Positions 26,029-34,261 of a DNA stretch of 64,000 nucleotides are shown one piece after another. Within the stretch, counting starts at the first letter, position 1, and each line of letters starts with the position of its first letter. The notes under the pieces were generated by a model. That model did not search any database, was not told the origin of the DNA, and saw only the letters and a list, made by a program, of their open reading frames with translations. Source of the DNA: an uncultured Geobacter sp. (GTDB taxonomy: Bacteria; Desulfobacterota; Desulfuromonadia; Geobacterales; DSM-12255); contig CALMOE010000153.1 in NCBI GenBank assembly GCA_937871715.1, forward strand, positions 996 to 64,995, read 5' to 3'. The position numbers and the translations under genes were made by a program.

Positions 26029-26603
26029 TTGCCCCCTGAGTTACGAAACATCAGCCGTGCGGTGGGCATCTCCCCCAACTGCGACTCCTCGTGAAAGAGA
26101 ATCTCTCCGTCATAGGGGGAGAAGAGGGAGAACAGCTCTCCTGGCTGCAGATAGAAATCTGGGTTGCTCGGCGGCGGCATGGCCGGGATCGCCAGGATTG
26201 AGTCGAAGAGGATGATCCCGCCGGGGGAGAGGAGCCCGACCTCCAGCGGGATCAACTGGCGCAGGAGGAAGTTGAAGTTGATCACCAGGTCGTACCTCCC
26301 TGCCGGGCGGAACCTCTCCAGGTCGGCGCGTACGAACTCCACCTCCACACCCTCCGCCGCCGCCCGGCAAGCGGCCTTTGCCAGCCCCACCTCAGAGATG
26401 TCGATCCCGGTCACCCGGAAGCCTTGGCCGGCGAGGAAGATAGAGTTTCTCCCCTCGCCGCAGGCGATGTCCAGCGCCCTCCTCCCGGAAAGGAGCTGCT
26501 TGATCCGCCCCATCTCCCGCTCCAGGAAAGGTGATGGCCCGCGCCCCAGGAAAGAGTCCTGGGAGGCGAATCGGCTGTTCCACTTTATCCTGTCAGACTC
26601 CAC
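26025..26603 (-). CDS. Class I SAM-dependent methyltransferase (TehB-like)
   Basis: RALDIACGEGRNSIFLAGQGFRVTGIDIS (motif I and post-I), then LLSPGGIILF. Confidence 0.8.
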   Translation of the reverse strand: MESDRIKWNSRFASQDSFLGRGPSPFLEREMGRIKQLLSGRRALDIACGEGRNSIFLAGQGFRVTGIDISEVGLAKAACRAAAEGVEVEFVRADLERFRPAGRYDLVINFNFLLRQLIPLEVGLLSPGGIILFDSILAIPAMPPPSNPDFYLQPGELFSLFSPYDGEILFHEESQLGEMPTARLMFRNSGGN

Positions 26604-26626
26604 AAATCCTCCACGTATCCCTCACT

Positions 26627-28312
26627 CTAAACCGTCGCCCCACTGTCAAAGCACTCTCCCCCACCCAGGGATGGGTCGTTTGCCAGCCTTGCCAGCCTGC
26701 AGCGAAGGCAGTCGACGATCTCCGGGTCGAACTGGCTCCCGGAACAGCGCACCAGCTCCTCCACCGCCTCGCCGATGCTCAGCCCCTTGCGGTAGGGGCG
26801 GTCCGCAACCATGGCGTCAAAGGAGTCTGCCACGGCAATGATCCGTGCCTCCAGGGGGATGTCTCCGCCGGCAAGGCCGTGGGGGTAGCCGCTGCCGTCG
26901 TAGAACTCGTGGTGATGGAGAATTGCCGGCAGCACATGACGCAGCTGGGCGATCGGTTCCAGGATCGCCACCCCCTTCTCCGGGTGAAGGCGTATGGGGG
27001 GAAACTCCTCCTCATCCAGCTCCTCGGGCTTCTCCAGGAGAGCCTCCATGATGCCGATCTTGCCGATATCATGGAGCAGGCCGGCCAGACGAACCCTCTC
27101 CACCTCATCGTCCGGCAGCCCCAGTTCAGCGGCGATGCCGGCCGCCACCCGCATCACCCTCTCCGAATGCCCCTTTGTCCAGGGGGACTTGGCGTCGATG
27201 GCATTGGCCAGGGAGGCGATGGTATTGAAGAAGAGCTGGCGCATGTCACTGTAGAGACGGGCGTTCTCCATGGCCACCGCCATCTGGGAGGCTATCTTCT
27301 CGATGGCGAACCCCTCCTCGCTACGGAAACGCTCGGCTTTGCGGTCCCCCAGGAGCAGGACCCCCAGCGCACCATCCTTCCCCATGAGTGGGACGGCCAG
27401 AAGCGACCTGATCCCCGAGGCCGCCAGTTCCCCCCCCATGGGGGTGAGTCTCCCCCCCAGGCTCATGTCCTGGTGATACTGGCTCTCGCCGCTGACCGCC
27501 GCCCTTCTGATGATGCCGCTCTCCCTGAGGAGGCTTCCGGCAGCCAGCGACCCCGGCATGGGGATGCCGTTGCTGCGGCAGGCGAGAACCACCAGATCCT
27601 CGCCGCGAAGCTCCACCACCCCTTGCAGGTCGCACTGCACCACCCCCTCGATCCGGTCGAGGGCGGTGGCGATGATCCGCTCCCTGCTCAAGGATGAGGA
27701 GATGGCCTTGTTTATGTCGTCCAGCATGAGGATGATGTCGATCCCCTTGGCAAGCTCCAGGGCCATCTCCAGGGATTCGTCCAGGAGGCGGATATGGCTG
27801 GCCACCAGGGCGGCCTGGGCCACCAGCTCCCTCACCGTGGTGATCTCTTCCTTGGCAAACGGCCCCAGCTTGCGCGGCCGGGCGACGAAAACCACCCCGC
27901 TCAGCTGCTGGCCGACCAGCATCGGTACGGCCAGGAGGGTGAAGGGGCGGAGCAGGCGGCGGAAGATGGGGGAGAAGAGCTCGGAATCCGCGGGGTCACT
28001 GACCAGCAGGTGGCGGCGCTTGGATAGGATTCGCCGCAGAAGCGGCTGTTTTTCCGGCATGAGGGGGATGGCGCGGAACCGCCTCTCCCATGCCGCCGGC
28101 AGGCCGCAGCAGCGCGCCGGGGAGAAGCTCATGCTCTCCCTCTCCAGCCTGTAGACCACAGCCCAGCGGCTCTTCACCGACCGCTTCAGCATCCTGGCAA
28201 GGTTGGCGAAGACCTCCTCCTCCTCGCCGAAGCGTGCCAGGCGAAAGATGTTACGGGCTAGGGTATGGCCGGTTATTTTCCCTTTGCTTGCTTTTGCCAT
28301 GGCTGTTTTCAA
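26627..28312 (-). CDS. GAF-GAF-HD-GYP protein (putative c-di-GMP phosphodiesterase)
   Basis: HSERVMRVAAGIA...LLHDIGKIGI...HHEFYDGSGYPHGL (HD-GYP), preceded by two GAF-like regions. Confidence 0.9.
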   Translation of the reverse strand: MKTAMAKASKGKITGHTLARNIFRLARFGEEEEVFANLARMLKRSVKSRWAVVYRLERESMSFSPARCCGLPAAWERRFRAIPLMPEKQPLLRRILSKRRHLLVSDPADSELFSPIFRRLLRPFTLLAVPMLVGQQLSGVVFVARPRKLGPFAKEEITTVRELVAQAALVASHIRLLDESLEMALELAKGIDIILMLDDINKAISSSLSRERIIATALDRIEGVVQCDLQGVVELRGEDLVVLACRSNGIPMPGSLAAGSLLRESGIIRRAAVSGESQYHQDMSLGGRLTPMGGELAASGIRSLLAVPLMGKDGALGVLLLGDRKAERFRSEEGFAIEKIASQMAVAMENARLYSDMRQLFFNTIASLANAIDAKSPWTKGHSERVMRVAAGIAAELGLPDDEVERVRLAGLLHDIGKIGIMEALLEKPEELDEEEFPPIRLHPEKGVAILEPIAQLRHVLPAILHHHEFYDGSGYPHGLAGGDIPLEARIIAVADSFDAMVADRPYRKGLSIGEAVEELVRCSGSQFDPEIVDCLRCRLARLANDPSLGGGECFDSGATV

Positions 28313-28375
28313 TTAAACCATACTTCCGCCTCAATTACCGCCCCCCATGCAAATATCCTCGCCAATGGGGCGGAC

Positions 28376-28399
28376 AGAGAAAAGCCTGCTTGCGCAGGC
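28376..28399 (-). terminator. Probable terminator of the 120-aa gene
   Basis: On the minus strand: gcctgc-gcaa-gcaggc followed by TTTTCTCT, 39 nt after the stop. Confidence 0.5.
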
Positions 28400-28437
28400 C
28401 ATCCCCATTGCAGCCAGCTTGTTCCGGCTCGGCCATG

Positions 28438-28800
28438 TCAGGCGCCGACCGGATTTCCGTGGGTCTCCACATCGAATATCGCCAGCAGCGCCGCCGGCGA
28501 GTAGGCGCAGTAGTCGGTGCGCATCTCGTTTTTAACCTTGTGCATCCAACGGATCCGGTCGTGCACCCCCTCGTGCATAAGGGTGATGCGGTTGCCGATG
28601 ACCCTCTTTGCTTCGCCCCACATCTCATCCATGGTCAGGAGTTCGACCCCGCCGATCTCCTCGCCGTCGCTGGTATTGCGCATGAACCTATCGATCAGGT
28701 CATAATCGAGGAAATCATTCTCCTTACGCCACCATTTGATGAAGACGTGCTCCTTGCCCCGCCCCTCACTAACCATCTTCATTGCGTCACGGCCTCTCAT
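28438..28800 (-). CDS. Hypothetical 120-aa cytoplasmic protein, divergent from lexA
   Basis: Start moved to MRGRDAMKMV because of a strong SD gagaaggaggtg 5 nt upstream. No motif I recognise. Confidence 0.65.
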   Translation of the reverse strand: MRGRDAMKMVSEGRGKEHVFIKWWRKENDFLDYDLIDRFMRNTSDGEEIGGVELLTMDEMWGEAKRVIGNRITLMHEGVHDRIRWMHKVKNEMRTDYCAYSPAALLAIFDVETHGNPVGA

Positions 28801-28913
28801 GGCACACCTCCTTCTCCCGCAAAGGGGGATTTCCGTCTTTTTCATGTTTATATTATACTACCCCGCCGCGGCAATGGCGCAGCATTTTCATTTTAAGGCT
28901 TGCAACTGAACCC

Positions 28914-28941
28914 TTGACAAGAGAAACACGGCAGATATAGT
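28914..28941 (+). promoter_or_regulatory. Sigma-70-like lexA promoter
   Basis: TTGACA (28914-28919), 16 nt, TATAGT (28936-28941). Confidence 0.5.
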
Positions 28942-28957
28942 GTACAAAAAAACACTA
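28938..28957. promoter_or_regulatory. SOS-box-like 20-bp palindrome TAGTGT-N8-ACACTA
   Basis: TAGTGTACAAAAAAACACTA overlaps the -10. It matches 14 of 20 positions of the E. coli box TACTGTATATATATACAGTA, with a symmetric C-to-G / G-to-C change. Confidence 0.5.
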
Positions 28958-28973
28958 TGCCTGGAGCAGCCCC

Positions 28974-29594
28974 ATGCACGACCCCACCCCACGCCAGCAG
29001 CAGGTCCTGAAGATCATCGCCAACCACCTGGAAAAGTGCGGCTACCCCCCCTCCCTGCGGGAGATCGCCGCAGCCCTGGGGGTGAAGAACGTCTTCGGCA
29101 TCCAGAGGCACCTGGACGCCCTGGAGCGAAAGGGGCTCATCACCCGCTCCGGCGGCAGCTCCCGGGGGATAAGACTTAACCGGCCGGAAACGGAGGGAGA
29201 TGAGCCGGCGGTGCGACTCCCGATAGTCGGCACCGTCCGCGCCGGCCACCCCACCCCACCCCTGGAGGAGATCGAGGAGTACTACTCCATAGACCGCCAT
29301 GTGGCCCGCTCCGGCGGCACCTTCTTCCTCAGGGTAAAGGGGGACTCCATGATCAACGCCTCCATCCGAGAGGGGGACCTGGCACTGATCCGCCCCCAGG
29401 CGGTTGCGGGAAACCGGGACATCGTCGTCGCCATGGTGGACGGCGAAGCGACCCTGAAGCGCTTCTACCGGGAGCCAGGCGCCATCCGCCTGCAGCCGGA
29501 AAACCCCAACTACCCGCCGATCATCGTCAGCGGCGAAGGGGGCGAAATCACCATCATCGGCAAGGTGGTGGGGATCTACCGCCCCCTCGAATGA
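28974..29594 (+). CDS. lexA: LexA repressor
   Basis: Winged HTH PSLREIAAALGVKNVFGIQRHLDALERKGLI, cleavage region VGTVRAGHP, S24 peptidase motifs GDSM and ATLKRF. Confidence 0.95.
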   Translation: MHDPTPRQQQVLKIIANHLEKCGYPPSLREIAAALGVKNVFGIQRHLDALERKGLITRSGGSSRGIRLNRPETEGDEPAVRLPIVGTVRAGHPTPPLEEIEEYYSIDRHVARSGGTFFLRVKGDSMINASIREGDLALIRPQAVAGNRDIVVAMVDGEATLKRFYREPGAIRLQPENPNYPPIIVSGEGGEITIIGKVVGIYRPLE

Positions 29595-29845
29595 AACTTA
29601 TGCCCCACCTCCAACAGGAGATACGTGTCGCAGTGGTCTTCGGCCCAGGCAGGAAGCTCAGGCCGGTCTGGTTCGACCTGAACCGCCGCAAGCACGTCAT
29701 CCGGGAGGTCACCACCAGCTGGCTGGAGCGCAGGGGGGAGACCCCCCTGCTCCATTTCCAGGTCAGCGACGACTGCGCCCTCTACGAACTGGTCTACAAC
29801 ATGAAAGACGCGGTCTGGAAACTGGGGCGAACGGAACCCCTCTGA
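29591..29845 (+). CDS. Hypothetical 84-aa protein translationally coupled between lexA and dinB
   Basis: The ATG overlaps the lexA stop (ATGA at 29591-29594). Its TGA overlaps the dinB ATG (TGATG at 29843-29847). No motif I recognise. Confidence 0.7.
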   Translation: MKLMPHLQQEIRVAVVFGPGRKLRPVWFDLNRRKHVIREVTTSWLERRGETPLLHFQVSDDCALYELVYNMKDAVWKLGRTEPL

Positions 29846-31071
29846 TGGATCGGATCATCCTCCACATCGACATGAACGCCTTCTTCGCCTCCGTGGAGCA
29901 GCAGGCCAACCCCGCCCTTAGGGGGAAGCCCATCGCCGTAAGCGGCAGCAGCAGCCGCACAGTCATCCTCACAGCCTCCTACGAGGCGCGGGCCCACGGG
30001 GTGAAGACCGGCATGACCCTCTGGGAGGCTCGGCAGAACTGCCCGGAACTGATCCTCGTCCCTGCCCGGAACCGCATCTACACCTGGGTCTCCTCGCGCA
30101 TCATCGACATCCTGAGGGATTACACCCCCCTGGTGGAGGTATTCTCCATCGACGAGGCGTTCCTCGACATCACCGGTTCCGTCAGGCTCTTCGGCGGCGT
30201 GGAGCGGATCTGCGCCACGATCAAGGCCCGCATCAGGGAGGAGCACGGCATCACCTGCTCCATCGGCATCGCCCCCAACAAGCTCCTGGCCAAGCTGGCC
30301 AGCGACATGCAGAAGCCCGACGGCCTGACCATCATCCCCCCCGACAGGATCGCCCAGACACTGGAGCAGCTGCCGGTGAAGGAGCTCTGCGGCATCGGCC
30401 GGAAGATGGAGCGCCACCTCCTCATGCTGGGAATCAGGAGCTGCGGTGAGTTGGGACGCTACGACGCGGGCCTTCTGGAGAAGAAGTTCGGCGTGGTGGG
30501 GAAGAGACTGCAGCTGATGGGGCGGGGGATCGACGACAGCCCGGTAGTGGCTGAGGAGGAAGCGGCGGAGGTGAAGAGCGTCGGCCACTCCACCACCCTG
30601 AAAAAAGATCTGACGCTGCGGGGCGACATCCTCAAGGTGCTCCTCCAGCTGGCCGAGATGGTAGGACGGCGGGCCAGGCGCTACGGGGTGGCGGGCAAGA
30701 CCGTCCACCTCACCATCCGCTACGCCGACTTCACCACCTTCGAGAAGCAGGAGATCCAACCCGCCCCCCTAAGCAGCAGCAAGGATATCTACCTGGCGGC
30801 CACGGCCATCCTGGACTCACTGGAGCTGACCCAGGCGGTGCGCCTTCTGGGGGTGCGCATCTCAACCCTCCGCCCCGCCGGGGAGCAACTCCCCCTGTTC
30901 CACGAGGAGCGGACCTCCCTCAAGGTGACCGAGGCCATGGACAGGGTCAACAACCGCCACGGCGACTTCACCGTAATGTACGCCAGCCTGCTGGACCAGC
31001 AGGAGAAGGGGAGCCACGTCATCTCCCCGGCCTGGAAGCCGGAGGGGATCAGGAACGTGGGGGTGGATTAG
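29845..31071 (+). CDS. dinB: DNA polymerase IV (Y-family)
   Basis: ILHIDMNAFFASVEQ...FSIDEAFLDITG...SIGIAPNKLLAKLASDMQKPDG are the IMS/Y-family motifs. Confidence 0.95.
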   Translation: MDRIILHIDMNAFFASVEQQANPALRGKPIAVSGSSSRTVILTASYEARAHGVKTGMTLWEARQNCPELILVPARNRIYTWVSSRIIDILRDYTPLVEVFSIDEAFLDITGSVRLFGGVERICATIKARIREEHGITCSIGIAPNKLLAKLASDMQKPDGLTIIPPDRIAQTLEQLPVKELCGIGRKMERHLLMLGIRSCGELGRYDAGLLEKKFGVVGKRLQLMGRGIDDSPVVAEEEAAEVKSVGHSTTLKKDLTLRGDILKVLLQLAEMVGRRARRYGVAGKTVHLTIRYADFTTFEKQEIQPAPLSSSKDIYLAATAILDSLELTQAVRLLGVRISTLRPAGEQLPLFHEERTSLKVTEAMDRVNNRHGDFTVMYASLLDQQEKGSHVISPAWKPEGIRNVGVD

Positions 31072-31871
31072 TGGGGTGCTGCAGCGGCCGGAGCGGTTTC
31101 AGTCGGCACTGCAGCTGGAGCCAAAGGCGGCACCTTAACCCCTGCGGCTGGCATGGCCGACTCCTGGCTAGGCTCATTGGCCAGGGGAGCATCCACGGCA
31201 GGGGCTGACTTCGCCGGTTTCTCCTCTCTGGCCGCGGGTGCTGCCTGCGGCGGCGGGGGGAGCTTGCTCCCCTTGCGCATATCCAGGATGGTCTGCTTCA
31301 GGTTGGCGTTCTCTACCCCCAGGGACTCGATCCTCCCCTGCAGGATGCCGAACTGCTCCCCGACTGTCCTCACCAGGTTCTCCGGCCTGACAGCAGCGGA
31401 GAGCCTGTCGTTACTGCTTTTCAACTCGGCATTCTCGGCGCTGAGGCGGCTCACATCCACGGAGAGCCCCTGGTTGGCCAGGTAGAGCTTCTCCTTCTCC
31501 CCCTTGAGCTCGAAGAACTCCACGGCCAGCTTCTTCAGCTTCTCGGCCTGCTCGGCACTTTGCCGGGTGAGCTTCTCCGCCTCCCCCCTTGCCTCGGCCA
31601 ACTCGGATGCCAGCTTTTCCCCCCTGGCTGAGGAGTCGGACAGCTCCCCTTTCTGCTTCTTCAGGGAGGACTCCAGCTCACCCCTTTCAGATTCCACGGC
31701 GGCAAGCTTCTTCTCCAAAGAGGCGTAAGCGGCCCGGGACTCCTCCAGGTTTTTGCCCAGTTGCAGGGACTCCTGCTCCTTAAGCTGGTAGGTACCCGAG
31801 GAGACGCAACCGGAAAGAAGCGCCATCACTGCCATAAAAGTGGCCACAGCAAACCTGGAAAACATGAACAT
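31068..31871 (-). CDS. Coiled-coil lipoprotein with Ala/Pro-rich tail
   Basis: Start at MFMFSRFAVATFMAVMALLSGC (lipobox). About 180 aa of heptad-like E/K/L repeats. The C-terminus is rich in A, P and Q. Confidence 0.75.
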   Translation of the reverse strand: MFMFSRFAVATFMAVMALLSGCVSSGTYQLKEQESLQLGKNLEESRAAYASLEKKLAAVESERGELESSLKKQKGELSDSSARGEKLASELAEARGEAEKLTRQSAEQAEKLKKLAVEFFELKGEKEKLYLANQGLSVDVSRLSAENAELKSSNDRLSAAVRPENLVRTVGEQFGILQGRIESLGVENANLKQTILDMRKGSKLPPPPQAAPAAREEKPAKSAPAVDAPLANEPSQESAMPAAGVKVPPLAPAAVPTETAPAAAAPH

Positions 31872-31961
31872 ACCCCCGATTATAATTTGCAAATCAAGCA
31901 TCAATCCCCATAGCACAGGGGAACCGCCCCTGTCCATGAAAAGAAGATGATTGGCTCACCC

Positions 31962-32885
31962 CTACGGCAGCTTCCTCCAGCTACCGTCGGGGGAGAACGA
32001 TCTCATAGCCTCGACAACAGAGGAGGTCTGGAGCCCCAGGTCCTTCTCGTATACCACCCCCCCCTGGTTGACCATGAAGGTCATGATACCGGAGGCGCCA
32101 TACTGGGCCGGGTAGGCTATGAGGGCAAAACCCAGGACCATCCGGTTATTGACGATGTAGTCGAAGGCGCCGCCGTCAGCCCCATCCCCCTGGGAAGTGA
32201 GAATCCTGAAGAGGTAGCCGTGGTACGGAGAGAGGAGAGTATCACCGACATACCCCTCATGGCCGGCCTGGGCAACAAGGGGCCCGAGTGGGCTCTCCTC
32301 CCCCTCGGCACTCTCCCAGTAGAGGCCGTCCCTCTTCCCGGGGGAACTCCTGAAGCGGAGGGCGTAGGAGTTGATGCCGTCCCTGTCCCGGTCGCGGGCG
32401 ATGTACTCCCGCTGGGCATCCACATAGGCCCGGGCCACCTGAATGGCGCTCAGCTCGTTTTTGCCGATGCGCCGACTTATGATCTCCTCCCTACCCTCAG
32501 CCGTGTCAAAGGACCACCCCTTCCCCCTCTTCACCAGGGGAAAGGGGAAGGGGTACCTCTCCGCGCCGAGGAGGAGCACCGCCCGCCCCTCAACCGGCCT
32601 GTCGATGGCGTGGCCGGCAGCGTACATCTCCAGGAATTTTTCCCGGTCGGAGCGGTCCGCCACTTCGTCCCCTGAGGATACCAGTGAGTCGGAATCCGGG
32701 CCGAGGACGGCGACAATCTTCCCGGGCTTGTGGCTTTTCACTGCACTGACCAGGGCAGCCACCCCCTTTTCCGGGGAGGAGAAGCTCTTGGCGCCTACTG
32801 AGGCACCGGCCAGCTGAGGCAGGGCCGCCATGAGAAAAAAAAGAAGAATCGCGGGCCAAATTTTCATATTTTCACGGAAAACCAT
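31962..32885 (-). CDS. DUF2950-family secreted protein
   Basis: Signal peptide. FPFPLVKRGKGWSFD...GINSYALRFRSSPGKRDGLYW...GYLFRIL...FALIAYPAQYGASGIMTFMVNQ resembles DUF2950 as I remember it. Confidence 0.7.
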   Translation of the reverse strand: MVFRENMKIWPAILLFFLMAALPQLAGASVGAKSFSSPEKGVAALVSAVKSHKPGKIVAVLGPDSDSLVSSGDEVADRSDREKFLEMYAAGHAIDRPVEGRAVLLLGAERYPFPFPLVKRGKGWSFDTAEGREEIISRRIGKNELSAIQVARAYVDAQREYIARDRDRDGINSYALRFRSSPGKRDGLYWESAEGEESPLGPLVAQAGHEGYVGDTLLSPYHGYLFRILTSQGDGADGGAFDYIVNNRMVLGFALIAYPAQYGASGIMTFMVNQGGVVYEKDLGLQTSSVVEAMRSFSPDGSWRKLP

Positions 32886-32923
32886 ATTATCCCTCCGTCA
32901 CCTTAGTAAGCTGCGCAGCCACC

Positions 32924-34153
32924 CTAGCGGCGTCCGCCGCCCCCCCTGGAGCCACCCTCTTCCAGCCTCTTCATCCCCTCTGGGCGTTTCCCCTGGTTAA
33001 TGGAGATGCCACGGCTGCTACGCCCCCGCTCACTGGCCGACCTGGCCCCGGCTCCGTCACGGAAGCCGCCGCTGAAGGCCCCCTCCCGTCCACGGGGAGT
33101 GCTCCGGCGCTGCTCACCGGGAAGAGCATCCCTCCCCTTGCGATCCCCCCTTGGTGCCACGGACGGAAGCTCTCTTCTCCCTGGCCGGGTGTCGCCGAAG
33201 CCCCTTGCGTCACGGCTCTTCATTATCCTCGCCGGGGACTGTCCGAAACGCTCGGCACTCCTCACATCCCGGTAAGCCACCCCGCGGCGGTGGACCGGAT
33301 CGTGGCGCCACCTACCCCGGCCGTCCCGGTCGATTACCCCCTGGCGCTCATAGTGGCGCACATACCTGGTGCGGTCGATGTACCTGTTGTGCACGTAATA
33401 ATGGCGGTCGATGTCGATGTACAGCGCTCTGTGCCGCCAGTTGCAGCCACCCCAGGCGTACCACCAGGAGAACCCGATGTAGAATGGGGGGGCGAAGGAG
33501 AAGTAGACGTATGGAGCCGGTGCCAGGAAGAAGTAAGGGAACGGCGGGAAGGCCGGGTAGAGCCAGGGGCCGTAGACCACCAGGGGGTCGTAGACCGGCA
33601 CATATATCACCTCACGCACAGCCGGCTCTATATAGACGACCTCCTCTTCCACCACCACCTTCTGCTCCTTTGAGCTCTTCAGGTTACCGGAGTCCACGGC
33701 CCTTTTGCGCAGCATCTGGATGGTGTCCATCACCTCCCCCTCCTGGGCGAGGAAGGCGTCCCCCAGCTTGGCGGTTATCTCCAGTTTCTGGCTCATCATG
33801 GCGAGGACCGAGGGGAAGTTTACCAGGGACTTAACGCTCGCGTCCCACTTCTGCTCCTCCAGCCTTCTGGCCATTTCCTCCTTGTCGAGCCCCTTGTTCT
33901 CCTCCAGCCAGCGGTCGGCGGCAACTATCTCCAGGGGGTAGGTGGAGGCCATGAGCACCTGGGAGATGAGCTCGTCCGGGTAGAGGGCGATGGGTGCCAG
34001 GAGCTGGGCCAGCTCTTCCTGGGAATACCTCTTCTCCTGCGCCTCGCCCCTGGGCTGCTCCCCACCCTTCCCCTGGGAGAGGGCTTGCATGGGGATGGCC
34101 AGGGAGAGGATAATGCACAGGGCTATGCTGCGAAACCAGAGTAAGCACCTCAT
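32924..34153 (-). CDS. DUF3300-family secreted protein with Arg-rich disordered tail
   Basis: ATG 34153 (SD aaggag). SQEELAQLLAPIALYPDELISQVLMASTYPLEIVAADRW is the DUF3300 start as I remember it. Then an aromatic/Pro-rich block, then ~170 aa rich in R, G and D. Confidence 0.7.
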   Translation of the reverse strand: MRCLLWFRSIALCIILSLAIPMQALSQGKGGEQPRGEAQEKRYSQEELAQLLAPIALYPDELISQVLMASTYPLEIVAADRWLEENKGLDKEEMARRLEEQKWDASVKSLVNFPSVLAMMSQKLEITAKLGDAFLAQEGEVMDTIQMLRKRAVDSGNLKSSKEQKVVVEEEVVYIEPAVREVIYVPVYDPLVVYGPWLYPAFPPFPYFFLAPAPYVYFSFAPPFYIGFSWWYAWGGCNWRHRALYIDIDRHYYVHNRYIDRTRYVRHYERQGVIDRDGRGRWRHDPVHRRGVAYRDVRSAERFGQSPARIMKSRDARGFGDTRPGRRELPSVAPRGDRKGRDALPGEQRRSTPRGREGAFSGGFRDGAGARSASERGRSSRGISINQGKRPEGMKRLEEGGSRGGGGRR

Positions 34154-34261
34154 GATTGACGCTCCTTTTTGCGGCAATGCTGGCTACGGTCTGCCGCACG
34201 GACTCCTTGAACTATAGCGCAGCCGGAACCCAATGCAAGGAGGTGTGACAGGAGGTATGGA

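Noticed and set aside
26531-27697. 388-aa plus-strand ORF
   Set aside because: It is antisense to the GAF/HD-GYP gene, which carries clear HD-GYP motifs. Compositional artefact.
28801-28973. Search for the Geobacter-type LexA box GGTT-N2-C-N4-G-N3-ACC (as I recall it) in the lexA control region
   Set aside because: No match on either strand. The nearest, GGTTCAGTTGCAAGCC (minus strand, about 28897-28912), fails at the fixed C and G and at the ACC end.
29794-30759. 321-aa minus-strand ORF
   Set aside because: It is antisense to dinB, whose Y-family polymerase motifs are unambiguous. The product is rich in G, D, L and H and has no motifs.
31068-31071. 4-nt convergent overlap of the dinB and coiled-coil lipoprotein stop codons, with no terminator between them
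   Set aside because: Real but trivial. Compact convergent gene ends are common and need no special explanation.
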